Positions 26,441 to 32,000 of a stretch of 32,000 nt of DNA are shown one piece after another. The translations under genes and the position numbers were made by a program. Every line of letters begins with the position of its first letter. The first letter of the stretch is position 1. The DNA lies in contig NC_000962.3 in assembly GCF_000195955.2 (NCBI RefSeq), forward strand, positions 2,250,001 to 2,282,000. Reading direction: 5' to 3'. Below the pieces are notes generated by a model. It was given only the letters and a program-made list of their open reading frames with translations. It was not told where the DNA came from and did not search any database. This DNA comes from Mycobacterium tuberculosis H37Rv (GTDB lineage: Bacteria; Actinomycetota; Actinomycetes; Mycobacteriales; Mycobacteriaceae).

Positions 26441-28486
26441 CTACAGACCGGTCGGGTAGGTTTCCGGGTTCTCGCCGGCGATCCACCGGCTCGTCACCTC
26501 GAGAGGTTCCAGGGCACGGGTCTGATCGATGTGGATCATGGCGTCGAACTGGTCGGCGGGCCGCACGTGCAAGTAGTGACTTTGCCGTTCCGTTGCCGGT
26601 AGATAAACGACGCCGATGGCACGTCCCAACCGGACAACGTCCAGCGGGGCTTCGGCGTCGCGGCTTAGCCGCGCTGACACCAGGAAACTGTCTGCAGTCT
26701 GGTGGAAGAGCTCCTCGACACTGCCGTGCAGTGCCGGCCGAACCGCTTTGCGTTGGGCGATACCACCCCATTCGCTGGCCGCGGTGACGGTGCCCGTGTA
26801 CGTGCTGAATCCGATGCTGCGCGACTCGTCACCGTATCGCTCACGGACTATCTGGCCGAGGGTGAGCTGCCCGTCGGCCCACACCTCGGTAGCGCGTGCG
26901 TCACCCACGTGGGAGTTATGAGCCCACACCACTATTCGCGCCGGCGGCGCATCGAGGTGTCGGTCCAAATGCGTCAGCAAACTGCCAAGGGTCTGCGCCA
27001 TGTGCTGGTCGCGCAGGTTCCACGAGGTAACGCGTCCACTGAACATGGCCCGGTAATACACCTCTGCGTCGCGCACCGTCTGCGCGTTTTGCTGGGCGTA
27101 GAACAGTTCGTCCTCGGCAAGCAGCCCGTCTTGGCGCGCATACGCCAGGGCATTGCGCTGAACGTCGACCAGTTGCTCGACGGCTTCACGTTCGCACGAC
27201 GGACCGGCGCCGAATGCGGCCGCGAATCCGTACGCCTGACCGTCATCGGCGCAGGCATGGTCGAAGCACGCATACCGGGCCCGCGCCCGTGCCGCCGCAC
27301 GCGGGTCGACCTTGTCGAGATAGCTGATCACCTCTTGGATCGACCGATGCAGGCTGTAAAGATCCAGACCGTAGAAGCCGGCTTGCCGCAGCGCGCCCGA
27401 CTCGTAGCGCTGGTTGCGTGTGCGCAGCCATTCCACAAAATCTCGGACCACGGTGTTGCGCCACATCCAGGCGGGAAACCGCTCGAATCCGCTAAGCGCC
27501 TCGTCAGCGTTGGTGTCCTCGCCGAGGCCGCGAACGTACCGATTGACCCGGTAGGCGTCGGGCCAGTCCGCCTCGGCGGCTACCGCACCAAAGCCCTTCT
27601 CCTCGATCAGCCACTGTGTCATGGCGGCCCGGGCCTGGTAGAACTCGTGTGTGCCGTGCGAGCTTTCGCCGATCAACACGATTCGTGCATCGCCGACCAG
27701 CTCCGCCAACACCTCGTGCGTCGGAACACCCCCGGGGGCGTCGATCGCGACTCTGCGCAGAACATCGGCCGCCGTTGACGCCGCGGGCCGGCGCAGCGAC
27801 GGCCCAGCGGTCGGGGTGGCCAGGAGCCGGCGGACCTCCTCGTCGGTGACCTGCCGGAAGTCCCAAAACGACTCACCGACGGCCAGGAACGGGGTCGGCA
27901 TGGTCGCGCACACAACGTCGTCGACGAGGCCGGCGAACTCCCGGCACGTGGACTCCGGCGCCGCCGGCACGGCAATCACGATCTGCGCTGGTTGCGCATC
28001 GCGCAATGCCTGTACCGCCGCGAACATGCTTGCGCCGGTGGCCAAACCGTCATCGACGACAATGACCGTCTTGCCGGTGATATCGGTGGGCGGGCGCTCG
28101 CCGCGGTAGGCGGACTCGCGCCGAAGCAGTTCCCGACCCTCACGTTCGGCGATGTCGCGCAGTTGCTGCGGTGTGATCCGCAGGCCCCGCACGACGTCGT
28201 CATTGACCACGACGCGGCCGCCGCTGGCCAGTGCACCAACGGCGAACTCGTCATGCCCCGGGGCACCAAGTTTGCGCACGACGAAGGCGTCTAGCGGGGC
28301 ATGCAGTGCCGCGGCAACCTCCCATGCGACCGGGAGGCCACCCCGGGCCAAGCCGAGCACAATCACGTCCGGCTGGTCCCGATAGGCGGCGAGTAATTCC
28401 GCCAGCACCCGGCCGGCCTCGCGGCGGTCACGGAACACGCGCCGCGGCGAGCGCCGGGTGACATCAGCCGCTGCGGTCATCAGCAC
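26441..28486 (-). CDS. Fusion of a phosphoribosyltransferase-like domain with an erythromycin-esterase-like domain (Rv2030c-like, 681 aa).
   Basis: The N-terminal PRPP-binding-type motif is [15 protein letters not shown]. The C-terminal Ere-family motifs are [14 protein letters not shown] and [11 protein letters not shown]. Confidence 0.9.
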
Positions 28487-28497
28487 GGACCCAGTGG

Positions 28498-28932
28498 TCA
28501 GTTGGTGGACCGGATCTGAATGTGCTTTTCGGTTGGCTTCCCTTCCGAAACCGCCACCGACACAGTAAGAATGCCCTTGTCGTAGGTGGCCTTAATGTCG
28601 TCCTCGTCAGCACCTACCGGCAGCGACACCGTGCGAACGAAGGAACCGTACGCGAATTCCGAGCGACCGTCGAAGTCCTTCTGCTCGGTGCGCTCGGCCT
28701 TGATGGTCAGCTGACCATCGCGGACCATAATGTCGACGTCCTTGTCGGGGTCGACCCCGGGAAGCTCCGCGCGTACCTCGTAGCGCCCCTCTTTCATCTC
28801 GTCTTCCAGCCGCATCAACCGGGTGTCGAAGGTGGGCCGGAGTCCGGCGAATGACGGGAAGGCCGCGAACAGCTCAGAAAACTCGGGGAAGAGGGACCGC
28901 GGGTGGCGCTGAACGGGAAGGGTGGTGGCCAT
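28498..28932 (-). CDS. hspX: Alpha-crystallin small heat-shock protein (144 aa).
   Basis: [22 protein letters not shown]...[31 protein letters not shown]...GILTVSV is the Acr/Hsp16.3 sequence. An AGGAGG SD lies 7 nt upstream of the start (cctcct on the plus strand, 28940-28945). Confidence 0.97.
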   Translation of the reverse strand: MATTLPVQRHPRSLFPEFSELFAAFPSFAGLRPTFDTRLMRLEDEMKEGRYEVRAELPGVDPDKDVDIMVRDGQLTIKAERTEQKDFDGRSEFAYGSFVRTVSLPVGADEDDIKATYDKGILTVSVAVSEGKPTEKHIQIRSTN

Positions 28933-28994
28933 TTGATGCCTCCTAATCGATGGAAACGGATGCCTTTGATCCGACCAGCCCATCGTGGCCAGGG

Positions 28995-29014
28995 CTAGGG
29001 ACAGAAGTCCCCGA
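28995..29014. promoter_or_regulatory. DosR box (strong) in the hspX/acg divergent promoter.
   Basis: ctagggacagaagtccccga was compared with TTSGGGACTWWAGTCCCSAA. Both GGGAC and GTCCC half-sites are intact with the correct 4 nt spacing. Confidence 0.8.
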
Positions 29015-29016
29015 AG

Positions 29017-29036
29017 CGCGGGCCATTTGTCCGCGC
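29017..29036. promoter_or_regulatory. DosR box (weaker) in the hspX/acg promoter.
   Basis: cgcgggccatttgtccgcgc has GGGcC-ATTT-GTCCg with correct spacing. I recall three DosR sites being reported upstream of acr. Confidence 0.5.
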
Positions 29037-29051
29037 CCGTCGGTGATCCAC

Positions 29052-29071
29052 TTGGGGACCATTGACCCTGT
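29052..29071. promoter_or_regulatory. DosR box in the hspX/acg promoter.
   Basis: ttggggaccattgaccctgt has TTGGGGAC intact and a right half of GaCCC. Confidence 0.7.
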
Positions 29072-29128
29072 TGTCTGCCAACCGCCGTTCAGAAAGATCG
29101 GGGTGATATCGAACAGCGGAGGTTGATC

Positions 29129-30124
29129 ATGCCGGACACCATGGTGACCACCGATGTCATCAAGAGCGCGGTGCAGTTGGCCTGCCGCGCACCGTCGCTC
29201 CACAACAGCCAGCCCTGGCGCTGGATAGCCGAGGACCACACGGTTGCGCTGTTCCTCGACAAGGATCGGGTGCTTTACGCGACCGACCACTCCGGCCGGG
29301 AAGCGCTGCTGGGGTGCGGCGCCGTACTCGACCACTTTCGGGTGGCGATGGCGGCCGCGGGTACCACCGCCAATGTGGAACGGTTTCCCAACCCCAACGA
29401 TCCTTTGCATCTGGCGTCAATTGACTTCAGCCCGGCCGATTTCGTCACCGAGGGCCACCGTCTAAGGGCGGATGCGATCCTACTGCGCCGTACCGACCGG
29501 CTGCCTTTCGCCGAGCCGCCGGATTGGGACTTGGTGGAGTCGCAGTTGCGCACGACCGTCACCGCCGACACGGTGCGCATCGACGTCATCGCCGACGATA
29601 TGCGTCCCGAACTGGCGGCGGCGTCCAAACTCACCGAATCGCTGCGGCTCTACGATTCGTCGTATCATGCCGAACTCTTTTGGTGGACAGGGGCTTTTGA
29701 GACTTCTGAGGGCATACCGCACAGTTCATTGGTATCGGCGGCCGAAAGTGACCGGGTCACCTTCGGACGCGACTTCCCGGTCGTCGCCAACACCGATAGG
29801 CGCCCGGAGTTTGGCCACGACCGCTCTAAGGTCCTGGTGCTCTCCACCTACGACAACGAACGCGCCAGCCTACTGCGCTGCGGCGAGATGCTTTCCGCCG
29901 TATTGCTTGACGCCACCATGGCTGGGCTTGCCACCTGCACGCTGACCCACATCACCGAACTGCACGCCAGCCGAGACCTGGTCGCAGCGCTGATTGGGCA
30001 GCCCGCAACTCCGCAAGCCTTGGTTCGCGTCGGTCTGGCCCCGGAGATGGAAGAGCCGCCACCGGCAACGCCTCGGCGACCAATCGATGAAGTGTTTCAC
30101 GTTCGGGCTAAGGATCACCGGTAG
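29129..30124 (+). CDS. acg: Nitroreductase-fold protein Acg (331 aa).
   Basis: The sequence includes LACRAPSLHNSQPWRW. ATG 29129 is preceded by ggagg at 29118-29122. The gene is divergent from hspX and shares its DosR boxes. Confidence 0.93.
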   Translation: MPDTMVTTDVIKSAVQLACRAPSLHNSQPWRWIAEDHTVALFLDKDRVLYATDHSGREALLGCGAVLDHFRVAMAAAGTTANVERFPNPNDPLHLASIDFSPADFVTEGHRLRADAILLRRTDRLPFAEPPDWDLVESQLRTTVTADTVRIDVIADDMRPELAAASKLTESLRLYDSSYHAELFWWTGAFETSEGIPHSSLVSAAESDRVTFGRDFPVVANTDRRPEFGHDRSKVLVLSTYDNERASLLRCGEMLSAVLLDATMAGLATCTLTHITELHASRDLVAALIGQPATPQALVRVGLAPEMEEPPPATPRRPIDEVFHVRAKDHR

Positions 30125-30239
30125 CGGGCGCCGCCGGGACCGCGTCTAAGCACCGCAGCTGAATCGGGCGGATGATGTGTCGATGAGCGGATCCGGCGAT
30201 GGCGACGGTGTCGCGCGGTTGGGCAGACATCTTCCGCGG

Positions 30240-31082
30240 CTATTCGTCCCCGGCCGGCTGAGTGACGAAGTCGATCAGTTCTTCCACCCGGCCGATCAAC
30301 GCCGGCTCTAGGTCGGTCCAGTCGCGTACTTGCGAACGGATGCGCCGCCACGCCGCGGCGATGTCGGCCTGGTCGGCGTGCGGCCAGCCGAGCGCATCGC
30401 ACACGCCGTGCTTCCACTCGATGTGCCGCGGCACCCTCGGCCAGGCGGCCAGCCCAACTCGTTGTGGCTTGACCGCCTGCCAAATGTCGACGTAGGGGTG
30501 CCCGACGACCAAAGTGTCGGAGCCGCCCGGTCCGCGGCGCACCACCTCGGCGATGCGCGCCTCTTTCGACCCCGCGACCAAATGGTCAACGAGAACGCCG
30601 AGCCGACGCCGCGGGCCGGGCCGGAACTTGGCGACGATCTCCACCAGGTCGTCGACGCCACCGAGATGTTCGACGACGACACCTTCGATTCGCAGGTCCG
30701 CTCCCCATACCGCCGCGATGAGTTCAGCGTCGTGTCGGCCCTCGACATAGATCCGGCTGGCCCGGGCCACCCGGGCACGCGCGCCCGGCACCGCGACCGA
30801 GCCGGATGCCGTTCGCCTCGGGCCGGCAGCCGCTGCGCACCGCGGCGCGGTGAGGATCACCGGCAGGCCGTCGAGTAGATACCCGGGGCCCAGCGGAAAC
30901 CCGCGGGTCTTCCCGTAGCGGTCTTCCAAGTCGATGCGGCCATATTCGACTCGGACCACCGCACCGACGTAGCCGGTCTCGGCGTCTTCGACGACCATGC
31001 CGAGCTCGACCGGGTGCTCAACCGAGCGGGGCCGGCGCCGCCCGCCTGCGGCAAGCACGTCGGTTCCATAGCGATCCAGCAC
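30240..31082 (-). CDS. Conserved actinobacterial hypothetical protein (Rv2033c-like, 280 aa; I recall it as DUF3097-type).
   Basis: It is a single long ORF convergent with acg. I can identify no catalytic motif. Confidence 0.8.
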   Translation of the reverse strand: MLDRYGTDVLAAGGRRRPRSVEHPVELGMVVEDAETGYVGAVVRVEYGRIDLEDRYGKTRGFPLGPGYLLDGLPVILTAPRCAAAAGPRRTASGSVAVPGARARVARASRIYVEGRHDAELIAAVWGADLRIEGVVVEHLGGVDDLVEIVAKFRPGPRRRLGVLVDHLVAGSKEARIAEVVRRGPGGSDTLVVGHPYVDIWQAVKPQRVGLAAWPRVPRHIEWKHGVCDALGWPHADQADIAAAWRRIRSQVRDWTDLEPALIGRVEELIDFVTQPAGDE

Positions 31083-31270
31083 GCCGCAATACTAGGGAGC
31101 CTCTCTGCCGGTCATCGCCGCGACGCGCCGCATGGGTTCTCGGAAAATGCTTGTACCAGTCGACTTTCCGGCGGGCCAACGTCGCCAACCGATACTCGGC
31201 TCCAACGCCATGGGTGACGGGATGCCCGGATCACGTGTCACACCACCCGCGCACCCTTGCGGAAGAATAT

Positions 31271-31290
31271 CCGTAAGTCTAAACTTACGG
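31271..31290. promoter_or_regulatory. Perfect inverted repeat immediately upstream of the ArsR-family gene, probably its auto-operator.
   Basis: The repeat is ccgtaagt-ctaa-acttacgg (8 bp arms, 4 nt spacer), ending 3 nt before GTG 31294. It contains the TANNNT-like hexamer taaact (31280-31285). Confidence 0.6.
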
Positions 31291-31293
31291 TTC

Positions 31294-31617
31294 GTGTCCA
31301 CTTACAGATCACCGGATCGCGCTTGGCAGGCGCTGGCGGACGGCACTCGCCGGGCCATCGTGGAGCGGCTGGCGCACGGCCCGCTGGCCGTCGGCGAGTT
31401 GGCCCGCGACCTGCCCGTCAGCCGACCCGCGGTGTCACAGCACCTCAAAGTGCTCAAGACCGCCAGGCTGGTGTGCGACCGCCCCGCGGGAACACGCCGC
31501 GTCTACCAGCTCGACCCGACAGGCCTTGCGGCATTGCGCACCGACCTCGACCGGTTCTGGACACGCGCCCTGACTGGCTACGCGCAGCTCATCGACTCCG
31601 AAGGAGACGACACATGA
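31294..31617 (+). CDS. ArsR/SmtB-family winged-HTH regulator (Rv2034-like, 107 aa).
   Basis: ALADGTRRAIVERLAHGPLAVGELARDLPVSRPAVSQHLKVLKTARLV is a classic ArsR HTH. GTG 31294 gives 107 aa. The track ORF begins 54 codons upstream, in sequence that includes the operator. Confidence 0.88.
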   Translation: MSTYRSPDRAWQALADGTRRAIVERLAHGPLAVGELARDLPVSRPAVSQHLKVLKTARLVCDRPAGTRRVYQLDPTGLAALRTDLDRFWTRALTGYAQLIDSEGDDT

Positions 31618-32000
31618 CACGCCCGCGAACCGATGCCATCCACCACCACGTTGTCGTCAACGCCCCGATCGAGCGTGCGTTCGCCGTGTTCACCACGCGG
31701 TTCGGCGACTTCAAGCCTCGCGAGCACAATCTGCTTGCTATCCCGATCACCGAGACGGTATTCGAATGCCATGCGGGAGGCCATATCTACGATCGCGGTG
31801 TTGACGGAAGCGTGTGCAAATGGGCGCGCGTGCTGGTCTATGAACCGCCCAGCCGGGTGCTATTCACGTGGGATATCGGCCCGACTTGGCGGCCGGAAAC
31901 CGATCTGGCCAAGACCAGTGAGGTCGAAGTCCGCTTCACCGCGCAGTCCGCCGAGACGACACGCGTCGACCTCGAACATCGCCATCTCGACCGACACGGT
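31614..32000 (+). CDS. SRPBCC / AHSA1 (Aha1-like) domain protein, first 129 codons (Rv2035-like). It runs off the right edge.
   Basis: It is not in the track because it is open at the edge. The ATG overlaps the ArsR stop as ATGA (31614-31617). The sequence reads MTRPRTDAIHHHVVVNAPIERAFAVFTTRFGDFKP...VLFTWDIGPTW, with no stop to 32000. Confidence 0.85.
   Translation, partial: MTRPRTDAIHHHVVVNAPIERAFAVFTTRFGDFKPREHNLLAIPITETVFECHAGGHIYDRGVDGSVCKWARVLVYEPPSRVLFTWDIGPTWRPETDLAKTSEVEVRFTAQSAETTRVDLEHRHLDRHG

Overview
This is high-GC actinobacterial chromosome. Gene order and protein sequences match what I remember of the Mycobacterium tuberculosis complex locus Rv2004c to Rv2035; that is recognition from memory, with no search run.

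Two blocks of the DosR dormancy regulon bracket the window. The left block holds Rv2004c, USP Rv2005c, otsB1 and fdxA. The right block holds USP Rv2026c, dosT, USP Rv2028c, pfkB, Rv2030c, hspX and acg.

Between them, from about 6.6 to 20.8 kb, lies an accessory stretch containing:
- toxin-antitoxin modules: vapBC15, higBA2 and a DUF433/PIN-like pair;
- a translationally coupled operon of an unknown protein plus an XRE-ImmA fusion regulator;
- a MarR/DUF1398 divergon and a REP13E12 HNH element;
- three decayed insertion sequences (IS110-family, IS4/IS1380-like, IS3-family);
- the wreck of a Type ISP restriction-modification gene, whose 3' end occurs twice as a direct repeat 6.4 kb apart;
- a sharply low-GC foreign segment sitting exactly where the helicase ORF is truncated.

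The right edge carries an ArsR-type regulator with an SRPBCC partner. I found no rRNA, tRNA or CRISPR array.

Many long ORFs in the supplied track are antisense shadows typical of high-GC DNA and were rejected. I cannot demonstrate a new system. The most promising uncharacterised candidates are the Rv2016/Rv2017-like operon (with a decayed paralogue nearby), the repeat-flanked 6.4 kb block, and the low-GC insert.
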